Below are positions 19,868-29,703 of a DNA stretch of 64,000 bases, piece by piece; within the stretch, counting starts at the first letter, position 1; each line of letters starts with the position of its first letter. The position numbers and the translations under genes were made by a program. Below the pieces are notes generated by a model, which was given only the letters and a program-made list of their open reading frames with translations, ran no database searches and was not told where the DNA came from. The stretch spans positions 512,001 to 576,000 of the forward strand of contig CAWAHW010000001.1 of NCBI GenBank assembly GCA_963781885.1, in the 5' to 3' direction. Source of the stretch: an uncultured Spirochaetota bacterium. Lineage in GTDB: Bacteria > Spirochaetota > Spirochaetia > SZUA-6 > Fen-1364.

Positions 19868-22098
19868 TGCATCGTCCCGGGGTAGATCACGAGGATGTCG
19901 CCCTTTGTCGTGCCGACGACGATCCGTGGGCCGTCCTGCACGGGCCGGGTATTGAGCACGGCGCCGACGTCCAGCGATGCAACGGGCCTGCCCGTGAGCG
20001 CGTCGACTGCCGACAGCTTTCCGCTCTGCGTTCCGAAATACAGCCTGCCGTCCAGGAGGAGCGGCGGCGTGGAGGCGCCGGGAACCGGGGCAAAAAGGGG
20101 CGTGCCGTCGGTTCCGTAGGCATAGACCGTGTTGCGCGTGAAAACGTAGACGCCGTCCGCGGAGCCTGCGAGGTCCTGGAACACGCCGCCGCCGCCCTGG
20201 CCGGGAAGGGTCTTCCGCCACGCCACGCGCTGCGCGTCCAGGTCGACTGCAACCAGGAGCGATTTGCGATCCGCAAAATACGCGCGGGATCCCTCAACGA
20301 GAACGGAGGTTGCCACGGGTTGGTTCGCCGGCGTGGGAATCTGCGTGAGGACGCTGCCCGTCGCCTGGTCCACGGCGACGAAGAGGCCCGCCTGGCTGAC
20401 CGCGTAGATCCTGCCGCCGACGACGCTGGGCGACATCAGCGTGCCGCCGGGGATCGGGTAGTCGTGCAGGGTGCGGCCGGTGCGCGGATCGAAGAGGCGA
20501 AGGGAGGAGGAGGTGGGGAACACGCCAACCGTGTCGGCGATGGAGACGTGCTGGCCGAAGAGGTGCGTGGAGGCGCCGTCCAGCGGCGTGCGGGCGGCGG
20601 GCTGACCGGTGCCGGCGTCCAGCACGAGGAACTCGCGCGCCCCGCTGAATGCCACCACGCCCGGGCCCGTGACCGGGAAGGAGTTCTCATTCGGCGTGTT
20701 CAGGGTCGCGGTGCTCCAGAGCACGCGCCCCTGCCGGTCGGCGGCAATCACGTGGCCGGTGCCGTCCGCGGCAACGAGCGTGTTTCCTGCCACCGCAAGC
20801 GCGCCGACAAGCGGGCTTGCACTCACGTTGAACTTCGTCTCAATGGGCTGGGCTTCCAGCTGCACGTTGAAAGAAGCGGGCTTTCCCGCCGCAATCTGCA
20901 CCGCGACGTTTTTCGGCGCGTATCCTTCGTGCTGCACGACAAGATTGAGCGTGGTGCCGTCCGCGACGTCCGCCGTATAGCTTCCCGCGCCGACGGGGGC
21001 GCCATCACGAAGGATCTGCGCGTCGGCAGGCGCGGCGGTCACGGTGAAATGAATCGGCGATGGAGCCGCGGGCGGCGCCGCAGCAGGGGCGGAGGGCGTG
21101 CCCGTAGCGGAAGCAGCGCGTGCGGGTGCCGCCGGCGCCGCGGCAGGTGGCGCGCCGGAGGTGCGGGACGCGGGGGCGGGTGTCTGCGGCGCCGGTGTCT
21201 GGCTCGGTTCCGGCATGCTGCCCAGCGGCTGAAGCACGCGCTGTCCTGCTGGATTGAGCCGCGCCGCGGTGCCCGTCGCCGCGGCCAGCCCGCGCACGGC
21301 AGCGTCCACCGCCGCGGCGCGCGATGTCACTGTGGCGTTGGATGGCGCCTGGCCCGCTGCCTGCTCCCGCGCAATCTGCGCCGCGGCATCACGGACAGCG
21401 GCAAACCGGGTCGCTGCCGCGGCGTTGGCCGCTGCCGTGACCGTGATCTCGCGCCCCGCGGGCACGGCCGCTGCCGATGCGTTCACGCGGCCCACCAGGG
21501 CATCCAGCTCCGGCACGGGCGCGCTCACCTGCGCTTGCAGCGCCTGCGTGTCGAATGATGCCGGCAGCACCGCGACGACGCCGTCCTGCACCGCGACCGT
21601 CGTGGCGCCCGCGGCGGAAAGCGACACGGCGAATGCCGTTCCGCGCACGCCTGCCAGCGCCGACGACGTGCGCACGTTGTAGCCGTCCGCGCTGCTCAGT
21701 TTCCTGACCTTGGAAAGGATCGTGCCGCTCACGAGCCCAAGCGTGACCTGTGAGCCGGCGCCGCTGAGCTGCACGGTGTCGAGCTCCAGCTCCGTGCTTT
21801 CGCGGATGCTCACGACGGCCATGTCGGCGAACCGCAGCTGGCACTCCGCCCCCGCCGCCGTGCGCACGGCATCGCCGCGGGAGAGGGTCGCGCCGGTGTC
21901 GATGGCGCTCCACGCGCCCTGGCGCCGTCCCTGGACGTCGCCGCTCGCGTAAATGACTTCCACGGTTGAAGGGGCGACCGCCGCGGCGTTTTGCGGGGGA
22001 GCCTGCACGGGGGCGGGCTGCGGGGGTCGACTGCATCCGGCAAGAAGGGCGGCGCAGCCGATAGCGGCGAAAAGGGCCTGGCGCTGTCCGATAGTCAA
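19864..22098 (-). CDS. Lipoprotein: FecR domain, PEGA-like domain and PQQ/BamB-type beta-propeller
   Basis: Lipobox ALLAG-C; FecR motifs GDAVRT and VRTSSALAGVRGTAFAV; PQQ-like repeats (GRLYFGTQSGKLSAVDALTG). Confidence 0.85.
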   Translation of the reverse strand: MTIGQRQALFAAIGCAALLAGCSRPPQPAPVQAPPQNAAAVAPSTVEVIYASGDVQGRRQGAWSAIDTGATLSRGDAVRTAAGAECQLRFADMAVVSIRESTELELDTVQLSGAGSQVTLGLVSGTILSKVRKLSSADGYNVRTSSALAGVRGTAFAVSLSAAGATTVAVQDGVVAVLPASFDTQALQAQVSAPVPELDALVGRVNASAAAVPAGREITVTAAANAAAATRFAAVRDAAAQIAREQAAGQAPSNATVTSRAAAVDAAVRGLAAATGTAARLNPAGQRVLQPLGSMPEPSQTPAPQTPAPASRTSGAPPAAAPAAPARAASATGTPSAPAAAPPAAPSPIHFTVTAAPADAQILRDGAPVGAGSYTADVADGTTLNLVVQHEGYAPKNVAVQIAAGKPASFNVQLEAQPIETKFNVSASPLVGALAVAGNTLVAADGTGHVIAADRQGRVLWSTATLNTPNENSFPVTGPGVVAFSGAREFLVLDAGTGQPAARTPLDGASTHLFGQHVSIADTVGVFPTSSSLRLFDPRTGRTLHDYPIPGGTLMSPSVVGGRIYAVSQAGLFVAVDQATGSVLTQIPTPANQPVATSVLVEGSRAYFADRKSLLVAVDLDAQRVAWRKTLPGQGGGGVFQDLAGSADGVYVFTRNTVYAYGTDGTPLFAPVPGASTPPLLLDGRLYFGTQSGKLSAVDALTGRPVASLDVGAVLNTRPVQDGPRIVVGTTKGDILVIYPGTMQ

Positions 22099-22169
22099 CT
22101 CAACTCACCTCCGCAAAACGTGAATATACTCACCCCGCGGACGCGGCGACCATCGTCGTGTACCGAAAA

Positions 22170-23013
22170 TCAGGAATGGGCGCCGACCAGGCGCGCGCTT
22201 TCCTCCCACAGGCGGGCGGCTTCGGGTAGGAGATCGTACGGGACGCGAATCTCGGCGGGCGCGCCGTTCACGAAGAGCTTTCCCGTCTGCCCGACCAGGG
22301 CAGGCGAGGTGGCAAGGGCAATGCCGGTCTTGGTCTCCCTGCTCATGAAGAGCATGGCGAAGCGCATCACGGCTGCCATGTACCACGGCAGGCTGCCGGG
22401 CAGCCCCGAGCGTACGAAGCCGGGATGGAAGGTGTTGGCCGTCACACCGGTGCCCTGCATGCGTCGCGCGAGCTCCAGCGTGAAGAGCGTCTTCGCCAGC
22501 GCAGCGCGCGTGGTGGCCTTCAGGGGGCCCCAGCCCTTGCGCAGCATCAGGTCGTCCATGTCCAGCCGAATACGCCGGAGAGGGGCCGGGAGTCCCGAAA
22601 CAGTGATGACCCGCGAGGGTTGGCCTGCCAGGAGCAGGTCCAGGAGAAGATCGGTGAGCAGGAAGTGGCCAAGGTAGCATGCGGCGAAAATGCTTTCGTG
22701 GCCGTCCGACCGTCTCGACCCTCTTCATTGTGAGCGTGGCGGCGTTCAGAGACAGCACATGGAGCCTGTCGTACTTGCGGCGGAACGCCTCAGCCAGCGC
22801 CCTCACGGAGGCAAGCTCGGAAAGGTCCGCGGCCAGCGCTTCCACGCGAGGTTTTCCCGTTTTCGCGCTGATCTCCCGCGCCACCTGGTCTCCGCGCGCC
22901 TGGCTGCGGCTCACGATCACGACGGTCGCCCCCTCCCGCGCGCATGCTGTGGCGATCGATTTTCCCACGCCCGAAGTTCCACCCGTGACCAGGCACACCT
23001 TGTCGTTCATCAT
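22170..23013 (-). CDS. SDR family oxidoreductase (retinol dehydrogenase-like); frameshift near 22708
   Basis: TGGTSGVG Rossmann motif, ADLSEL, then second frame DGHESIFA..YLGHFLLT..HPGFVRS. Confidence 0.75.
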
Positions 23014-23159
23014 AGCCACCAAAGTACGAAGTGGCGGGAGGAGTCGGCAAGGACGGAAAGGCCGTGCGCGGGGCCGTCTCTCTGACGCCCTGAGACCCTG
23101 TGCACCCACTTTTCCGATCGGCACAGACGGCAGTAGAGTGATGGCCCCGGGAGGAGCCC

Positions 23160-25076
23160 ATGAGAAAATGTCTTGCGACCGCACTCTTTCTCGCCATCGT
23201 TGCAATCGCCCAGGGTCGGGCCGCGGCGACAGGACCCGCGCCGGAAATGACCGCCGCCGACGTTGGCGCGTTTCTGGATGGTGCGCTTCCTGCCCAGCTC
23301 GCGCGTGAAGATATCGCCGGTGCGGTCGTTGCGGTCGTGAAAGACGGCGGACTCCTGTTTGAGAAGGGCTACGGCTTCGCCGACGTCGCGAAAATGACCC
23401 CCGTCTCCCCCGAGGACACGCTCTTCCGTCCCGGCTCGATATCCAAGCTCTTTACGTGGACCGCGGTCATGCAGCTCGTGGAGCAGGGGAAGCTCGACCT
23501 GGACAAGGACGTGAATGCCTACCTCGACTTTGTCATCCCGCAGAAGGGCGGCTCACCCATCACGCTGCGCACCCTCATGACGCACACCCCGGGATTCGAA
23601 GAGGTGCTGCGGGAGCTCTTCCTCGGCGACGTCGCCGATATGAAGCCCCTGGGAAGCTGGCTGGCGTCGCACGTTCCGCAGAGGATTTTTGCCCCGGGGG
23701 TGCTCCCCGCGTACTCCAACTACGGCGCGGCGCTGGCGGGTTACGTCGTCGAACGCGTCTCCGGCGAGCCTTTTGCCGCCTACATCGAGGCGCACATCCT
23801 CGCACCGCTGGGCATGACCCATTCCTCATTCCGCCAGCCGCTTCCCGCGCCGCTCCAGCCGCTCATGTCCCGCGGTTACATCACCGCTTCGGGTGCTCCC
23901 CGGCCCTTTGAGATCGTCGAGCCTGCTCCCGCGGGAAGCATGTCCGTCACCGCGGGGGACATCGCCCGCTTCATGATCGCCCATCTGCAAGACGGCCGTT
24001 ACGGAAATGCGCGCATCCTCAGGCCCGCAACGGCGCGGCTCATGCACGCGCGGCAGTTCGGCATGCTTCCCGCGCTGAACGGCATCGCGCTCGGGTTCTA
24101 CGAGGACTCCCGCAACGGCCTCCGAATCATCGGCCACGGGGGCGACACCATTGCGTTCCACAGCGACCTTCGCCTGATCCCGGACAAGGGCGTGGGCTTT
24201 TTCATCTCGGTGAACAGCCGCGGCAAGGAGGGCTCCGATGTTCGCACCACGGTCTGGCACGCCTTTCTTGACCGCTATTTCCCCTTTGCCCCGCCCGCCG
24301 TCACGGCTCTCCCAACGGCGGCGCGGGACGCCGCTTCCGTGACGGGCCGCTACATCGCCACCCGCCGCTCCGTGAGCACCTTCTACCGGGTGGGCGCCCT
24401 TGTCACCGAGCCGGCTGTCTCCCGCAATCCGGACGGCACCATCAGCGTGAACGTCCTGAAGGGTCCGAACGGCATGCCGCTCCATTTCACGGAGACGGCG
24501 CCCCTGTTCTTCCAGGCTCCTGACGGCCAGACGCATATCGGTTTCACGAAAGAATCCAGCGGGCGCCTCGTCGCCGCGACCGACACGCCGGTGTTCGCCT
24601 TTGAAAAGGCCCGCTGGTTCGAGGACAGCCGCCTGAATGTCCCGCTCCTGCTCTTTGCAATCGTCGTGATGGCCCTCACGCTGCTCCTCTGGCCCGTGGG
24701 AGCACTGCTGCGAAAACACTACGGACGGAAGCTGGAGCTCACCGGCCGGCGGCGCCTCTTCCGCCTGCTGGGGCGCCTGGTCCCCGCGCTCGACCTTCTG
24801 TTCATGCTGGCGTTCAACGTGACGATCTCCGTTGCGACGTCGAAATCGGGCGCCGCAGGGGCACGCCTGGACGTGTGGCTGCGCATTCTGCAGGCCTTTG
24901 GCTGGCTTGGGGTCATGGGCACGCTCGTGCCGCTGCGCAACGCGATTGGATCATGGCTCTGGAAGGACCGCTGGCTCCTGTCCCGTCTTGGCGACACGGC
25001 CGCGGCCCTTGCCTGCCTTGCATTCGTCTGGCTTGTCTTCGTGACGAACCTGCTCAGCGCAAGCCTGAGTTTTTAG
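23160..25076 (+). CDS. Serine hydrolase (beta-lactamase/PBP-like family) with three C-terminal TM helices
   Basis: Signal peptide; SxxK (SISK), YSN, HGG motifs; hydrophobic C-terminal helices. Confidence 0.9.
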   Translation: MRKCLATALFLAIVAIAQGRAAATGPAPEMTAADVGAFLDGALPAQLAREDIAGAVVAVVKDGGLLFEKGYGFADVAKMTPVSPEDTLFRPGSISKLFTWTAVMQLVEQGKLDLDKDVNAYLDFVIPQKGGSPITLRTLMTHTPGFEEVLRELFLGDVADMKPLGSWLASHVPQRIFAPGVLPAYSNYGAALAGYVVERVSGEPFAAYIEAHILAPLGMTHSSFRQPLPAPLQPLMSRGYITASGAPRPFEIVEPAPAGSMSVTAGDIARFMIAHLQDGRYGNARILRPATARLMHARQFGMLPALNGIALGFYEDSRNGLRIIGHGGDTIAFHSDLRLIPDKGVGFFISVNSRGKEGSDVRTTVWHAFLDRYFPFAPPAVTALPTAARDAASVTGRYIATRRSVSTFYRVGALVTEPAVSRNPDGTISVNVLKGPNGMPLHFTETAPLFFQAPDGQTHIGFTKESSGRLVAATDTPVFAFEKARWFEDSRLNVPLLLFAIVVMALTLLLWPVGALLRKHYGRKLELTGRRRLFRLLGRLVPALDLLFMLAFNVTISVATSKSGAAGARLDVWLRILQAFGWLGVMGTLVPLRNAIGSWLWKDRWLLSRLGDTAAALACLAFVWLVFVTNLLSASLSF

Positions 25077-25188
25077 CCGCGTCCGGCGTCCTCAGTCCGG
25101 CTCTGGCAGTCCGCCTCATAGAGCTTTTCCTTTGCGCCGCTTGCGCACCATCGGCTTCTCCCCTATCATGGCCCGGCACGGGAGGAGC

Positions 25189-27426
25189 ATGCCGCCAAAA
25201 GCCCAGACGCCAGGAGCTGAATCCAGGAAGCAACCTGCCGCCGCCGCTCCCGCGGCGACCACCGGCGACACCACCCTCGACATCCGCATGGCGCGCCTTG
25301 CGCGGCTGGTCGGCACGGATGAAGGCTTCTTCCTCCTGGCGCTCCATTCGTTCGTGGAGAGCTTCATCTGCGACGTATTCCCCTCCTACAAGTACGCCAG
25401 CAATTTCCCCACCCTCCTCTGGGACTACAAGGATTTCCTGAAGGCCGAAAGGAAAGCGGACCTCCAGGACCTGCAGGCCATCATCCGCATGGCCAAGGAA
25501 CATCCCACCGCCAACAAGGTCCGACACGGCTTCCTGCCGCTGGGCAAGGAAGAGGCGGTGGCAGCGACCTACAATTTCCTGGGATTCTGCCGCGCGTCCG
25601 GCATCGTCCATCCGTTCCTGGATACCCTCAAAATGAGCCTCAATGTGTGGGACGAGAAGGTCTCCCCGATCCAGAAGAGCCAGGAGCTGGGCAGGCTCAA
25701 GTTCGATCTTTTCCTTTCGCAGCGTGAGAACAGGAAGCTCCTCCAGCAGGCTGCCGCGGCGCGGGATGCCGAGGCAAAGGCCGAGCAGCTTGAATCCGAC
25801 CTGAAGCAGCGCGCCGCGGAGCTCGCGCGGGAGCGGGCGCGCGCGGAAGGAAAGACCGACAGGGTGGACGTCCTGCGGGCGGAGCTCAACAACCTCAACC
25901 AGCAGAAGAAGAGCCTTACGGACGAGCTTGCGAAGTTTCGCGACCTGAACCTCTACGTCGAGCACCTCAACAGGTTCACGATCTACACCCGCACCCGGCG
26001 CGACTACGAGCGCAGCTTCATGCGCCTCACCGCGGAGCAGCAGGCGGCGCTGGACGCCATCACGCCCGGTCACGACTACCTGGTGCGCGGCGGGGCGGGT
26101 ACGGGCAAGACCATCGTGCTCCTCCACGCCTACGGCAAGGCACGGCGCGAGCTTTTCGCGCGCAGCACCGTGCTCCTCACCTACACGACGACCCTGGTGA
26201 AGTACGACCGCTACCTCGCGGAGCTGCTGAAGGCCTCGGAGGACCCCACCCTCATCCAGACCGCCGACAGCTTTTTCCTTGGCCGCCTGCGCGGCATCGA
26301 CCCGTCGTGGAACGTGGACTATGGCGCGGTGGAGACCCTTGCGAAGCGATGGAACACCACGGGCTTCATGACCGACGGCGAGCTCGCCGCCGAGGTGGAG
26401 GATTTCCTCCTTGCCAACATGGTGAGCCGCACCGAGTACGTGGAGGACCGTGTGGCGCGCCGCGGCATGCGCCAGCCTCTCACCAAGGACCAGCGCGCGC
26501 TGGTGTGGGAGATCAGGGGCATGATCGTCGGTGCGATGGAGGACCGCGGTCTTTTCAGCAAGAACTATTCGCGCATCAAGATAATAGAAGCGATTGGCGA
26601 TGTCGGAACGGCGGCTCATGCGGTGGATAGTGCCGTCTCCGGCGACGCCGCACAAGGCGCCGTCGAGCTTGCCTTCGTGGACGAGTCGCAGGACCTCACG
26701 GCCGCGGACCTGAAGGCACTGAAGCTCCTGTGCAAAGGCGGCGTGATCATGGCAGGCGATTCCGGCCAGGCCATCTACGGCCTGGGCAGCCCGTACAGGC
26801 GGGCCGGCATCGACATCTCGGGCCGCACGAAAATACTGCGCACCGACTTCCGCACCACCTGCCCCATCCATGATCTTGCGGAAAAATACCGGGAGCTCTG
26901 CGGTCCCGACATCGATGGCGAGCAGGTGACCACGCACGCGTTCCGCGAAGGACCTTCACCCGAGCTGTACCGGGCCGGCACGCGGGAGGATCTCCTGAAG
27001 CTCCTGGTGGAAAAAGCGAGCTTGTTCATCGAAAAGCTCGGCTACGATCCTGAGAACATCACCGTGCTTGCACCGAGCAAGACCGACGTGGGCCTCATCC
27101 AGGACAAGCTCTCCCGTCGCGGCATCAAGTCCGCGAACATCCGCGACGATTCCTTCTCCTTTGCCACGGAAGGCCTTGTGCGCGTGACGACGCTCCATTC
27201 AAGCAAGGGCCTGGACTTCCCCGTCGTGCTCCTGTACCTGCCGTCGCTTCCGATTGCCGGCGAATACGACCCGAAGTCGGCGGATGCCCTGGCGCGCAAC
27301 CTCATCTACGTCGCCATGACGCGCGCGATGGACAACCTGAACGTTTTCGTGATGGAAGAGGCAAGGGAAAAGGCCATTACGGAACTAGTCGGCGTGATCG
27401 GCGGGATGGGAGGAGGGACGCCATAA
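25189..27426 (+). CDS. UvrD-like SF1 helicase with N-terminal helical domain and coiled coil
   Basis: GGAGG RBS; GGAGTGKT, VDESQD, GDSGQAIY, TLHSSKGLDF, LIYVAMTRA motifs. Confidence 0.85.
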   Translation: MPPKAQTPGAESRKQPAAAAPAATTGDTTLDIRMARLARLVGTDEGFFLLALHSFVESFICDVFPSYKYASNFPTLLWDYKDFLKAERKADLQDLQAIIRMAKEHPTANKVRHGFLPLGKEEAVAATYNFLGFCRASGIVHPFLDTLKMSLNVWDEKVSPIQKSQELGRLKFDLFLSQRENRKLLQQAAAARDAEAKAEQLESDLKQRAAELARERARAEGKTDRVDVLRAELNNLNQQKKSLTDELAKFRDLNLYVEHLNRFTIYTRTRRDYERSFMRLTAEQQAALDAITPGHDYLVRGGAGTGKTIVLLHAYGKARRELFARSTVLLTYTTTLVKYDRYLAELLKASEDPTLIQTADSFFLGRLRGIDPSWNVDYGAVETLAKRWNTTGFMTDGELAAEVEDFLLANMVSRTEYVEDRVARRGMRQPLTKDQRALVWEIRGMIVGAMEDRGLFSKNYSRIKIIEAIGDVGTAAHAVDSAVSGDAAQGAVELAFVDESQDLTAADLKALKLLCKGGVIMAGDSGQAIYGLGSPYRRAGIDISGRTKILRTDFRTTCPIHDLAEKYRELCGPDIDGEQVTTHAFREGPSPELYRAGTREDLLKLLVEKASLFIEKLGYDPENITVLAPSKTDVGLIQDKLSRRGIKSANIRDDSFSFATEGLVRVTTLHSSKGLDFPVVLLYLPSLPIAGEYDPKSADALARNLIYVAMTRAMDNLNVFVMEEAREKAITELVGVIGGMGGGTP

Positions 27427-27448
27427 GGGTTGTTCCCAGTCGGTGGGC

Positions 27449-27715
27449 TCAGCGCCTGCCGCCGCCGGGAGGCGTGCGGTCTTCACCGAAATACTTTTCG
27501 CTTCGATACCTGAGCCATACGCGCAGAACTTGCGGGATCTTTTCCTTCTCCGCCTGCGTGAGCTTGGCGTACAGCGCCAGCGCCCGCGTGCGTTCCGCCC
27601 GGCAGGCGCCATTGTTGTGGGCGTCCCAGTAGCTGCGCGCCAGTCGAATGCGGCGGCAGACTTCCTTTCGCAATGCTTCGCCGGTCAAGCTTGCCGGATC
27701 CGGGCGCTTCTTCAC
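27449..27715 (-). CDS. Small basic hypothetical protein (start uncertain)
   Basis: Protein-like core EVCRRIRLARSYWDAHNN..LRVWLRYRSEKYFG; co-oriented with pirin. Confidence 0.55.
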   Translation of the reverse strand: MKKRPDPASLTGEALRKEVCRRIRLARSYWDAHNNGACRAERTRALALYAKLTQAEKEKIPQVLRVWLRYRSEKYFGEDRTPPGGGRR

Positions 27716-27889
27716 GAGATGAAGATAACCGCCCGCGCCGGGGAATCGCAAGCGGCGTTTGTCTTGATCAGAAAGACGCCGTGGTGCGGGTCTCACCGGC
27801 AATGACGCCGCGACGAGGGGCCTCCGTCAGGCTGAATTCGCGCCCGCTGCGAAAGACACCATTGCAATCGCCGTCACCAATTTTCCTCC

Positions 27890-28906
27890 TTACCTGACGA
27901 TCTCCCTTCCGTCGGCGAACCTCGCGAACCTGCCACGGGACCTCGGGTGAACAGGGTCGCTCCTGGACCAGGGCCAGCCGCCGAACTGGTCCCTGCGATA
28001 GTCGCGGAACGCCGCAACGATTTCTTCCTGGGTGTTCATGACAAAGGGGCCGAACTGGACGACAGGTTCGTCGATCGGCCTGCCTTGGAGCAGCAGGAGA
28101 TGACATTCGTCGTCTCCTGCCTCCAGCATCACGTCGGGCTCAGGCCGCAGCCGAACGGAATGGTCGGCCTTTATTTCCATGCCGTCGACGACGATCCGCG
28201 ACCCGCGGTAGAAAAAGAGCTTGCGATTCACGCCGGCAGACGCGGCAGGCATTTTCCAGGATGAATGCGGCTCCATACGAATTGTCCATATCGCCAGCTC
28301 GTTCGCGGGGTCCGCGGCCCACGAATCCGGCGCCGGTGGAAGGGCCCGTACACCGCCAAGAGTGCCGGCGATGATGTCGACCTCGATCGGATTTCCTGCG
28401 GTGTTTCTTTGCGACAAGCGGGGAACGTCTTCGGTCCACAACATCGTGTAATACGGTTTTGCGAATTTCCGCGCCGCGGGCAGGTTGAGCCAGATCTGGA
28501 AGAGCTCCAGCGGATTCCCGGCGTCCGTGTCGAGCAGCGGAAACATCTCCGCGTGCTGGATGCCGGCTCCGGCCGTCAACCATTGCACGTCGCCGTTGCC
28601 GTAACGCCCCGCCGCCCCTTGCGAATCGGAGTGATCGATCAGCCCTTTCAGGACCGCGGTTACTGTCTCGAATCCGCGGTGTGGATGCGACGGAAACCCC
28701 GGCACCGCCTCACCATGGTACATGCGCCAGTCCTCGCGCGGGTCGAAGTCCTGTCCCCTGTCCCTTCCCTCAAGCGAAGCCGCGGGCCCAAGCTCCGCGT
28801 TCCCCGCCGGGTAGTTGTCCAGGTGATGCACGCAGTAGAGGAAAGGATCCTCGGTCTCCCAGGGGAAACTGAGCTTCTTGGTGGAAATCACAGACGTGCC
28901 GGCCAT
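27890..28906 (-). CDS. Pirin family protein
   Basis: HPHRGFETVT, HSDS, QWLTAGAGIQHAE, FQIWLNLP, GPFVMNT. Confidence 0.95.
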   Translation of the reverse strand: MAGTSVISTKKLSFPWETEDPFLYCVHHLDNYPAGNAELGPAASLEGRDRGQDFDPREDWRMYHGEAVPGFPSHPHRGFETVTAVLKGLIDHSDSQGAAGRYGNGDVQWLTAGAGIQHAEMFPLLDTDAGNPLELFQIWLNLPAARKFAKPYYTMLWTEDVPRLSQRNTAGNPIEVDIIAGTLGGVRALPPAPDSWAADPANELAIWTIRMEPHSSWKMPAASAGVNRKLFFYRGSRIVVDGMEIKADHSVRLRPEPDVMLEAGDDECHLLLLQGRPIDEPVVQFGPFVMNTQEEIVAAFRDYRRDQFGGWPWSRSDPVHPRSRGRFARFADGREIVR

Positions 28907-29032
28907 GGGGTGCCTCCAATTATCACTTTGGACATTATAGCTTACCGGGCACGAGGCGGGGAGGGAGGCGGACGTTCACAGGCGCATACGCTTCCTTGAC
29001 GCGCGGCCCGGTCGGCGTCGAATGCGCGCTGA

Positions 29033-29458
29033 TCAGGCGCCGCCGAGGACCGCGTCCAGGGAGAGCTCCGGGAACAGGTTCTTTACTTTCTTCAGAGTTG
29101 AGAGCGATGGATTCCCGCGCCGTTCGAGTCTCTGGTAGCTATAGATGCTCTTCAGCTTGAGCTTCTGCGCCGCCTGCTGCTGCGTGAGACGCCGGCGGAG
29201 CCGTGCCTGCCGCAGTTGCATCGCAAATGCAACTCCGGGATCCACCTCAACGGCAACCACGTTTCGCGTTTTTATTTCTCGTGCCGGCGGCGGGAAGATC
29301 ACTTTTGAAGATTCCGGTTCTTCGAGGTACAGATTCAGAGCTTCACGCATGTTTTTCTCGAGCTCCATCCGACTCCGTCCCTGCGTCAGGCAGCCTTCAA
29401 GCTCGATGCATTCTGCCCATGCAGGGCGGCCGGTGTGGATCTGAAAATGGTACTTCAT
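29033..29458 (-). CDS. hicB: HicB family antitoxin with C-terminal HTH
   Basis: WAECIELEGCLTQG...REALNLYL HicB core; XRE-type HTH (LTQQQAAQKL..YQRLE..NPSLSTL); ATG overlaps upstream TGA. Confidence 0.85.
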   Translation of the reverse strand: MKYHFQIHTGRPAWAECIELEGCLTQGRSRMELEKNMREALNLYLEEPESSKVIFPPPAREIKTRNVVAVEVDPGVAFAMQLRQARLRRRLTQQQAAQKLKLKSIYSYQRLERRGNPSLSTLKKVKNLFPELSLDAVLGGA

Positions 29459-29563
29459 TGTTTTCCTTGCTGGTCCGTCCTGGACCGCGCGAGCCTTTTC
29501 AGCAGCTTGCGTTCGATCCCGCGACCGAGCTCCTTGTGCAACACATTGTCGCCTGAGTGGCAC
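29455..29563 (-). pseudogene. hicA: HicA toxin remnant (internal deletion)
   Basis: AGGAGG RBS, GTG CCA CTC start, then out-of-frame HicA-like C-terminus HKELGRGIERKLLKRL whose TGA overlaps the hicB ATG; the GSH segment is absent. Confidence 0.65.
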
Positions 29564-29703
29564 CCCGTCTCTCCTCCTCACTTTACCAATTAAAGTTGGC
29601 AAAGTACAGCGTCTGGAAGAAATGACGATTCGCGGCAAACCGAAAGGCCGCGTCCCGATTGAAGGATTGCGATGGCAATCTCCCGAACCGCAAGACTGGC
29701 GCG

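Noticed and set aside
16994-20221. 1075-aa ORF suggesting a double-barrel fusion protein
   Set aside because: Artefact: one extra G at 18185-18188 fuses two genes, each with its own signal peptide and GTGA-coupled boundaries; the first ~118 codons shadow the upstream gene.
23160-25076. Beta-lactam resistance gene
   Set aside because: SxxK family membership alone is insufficient; the HGG motif and C-terminal TMs fit common membrane-bound peptidases/esterases.
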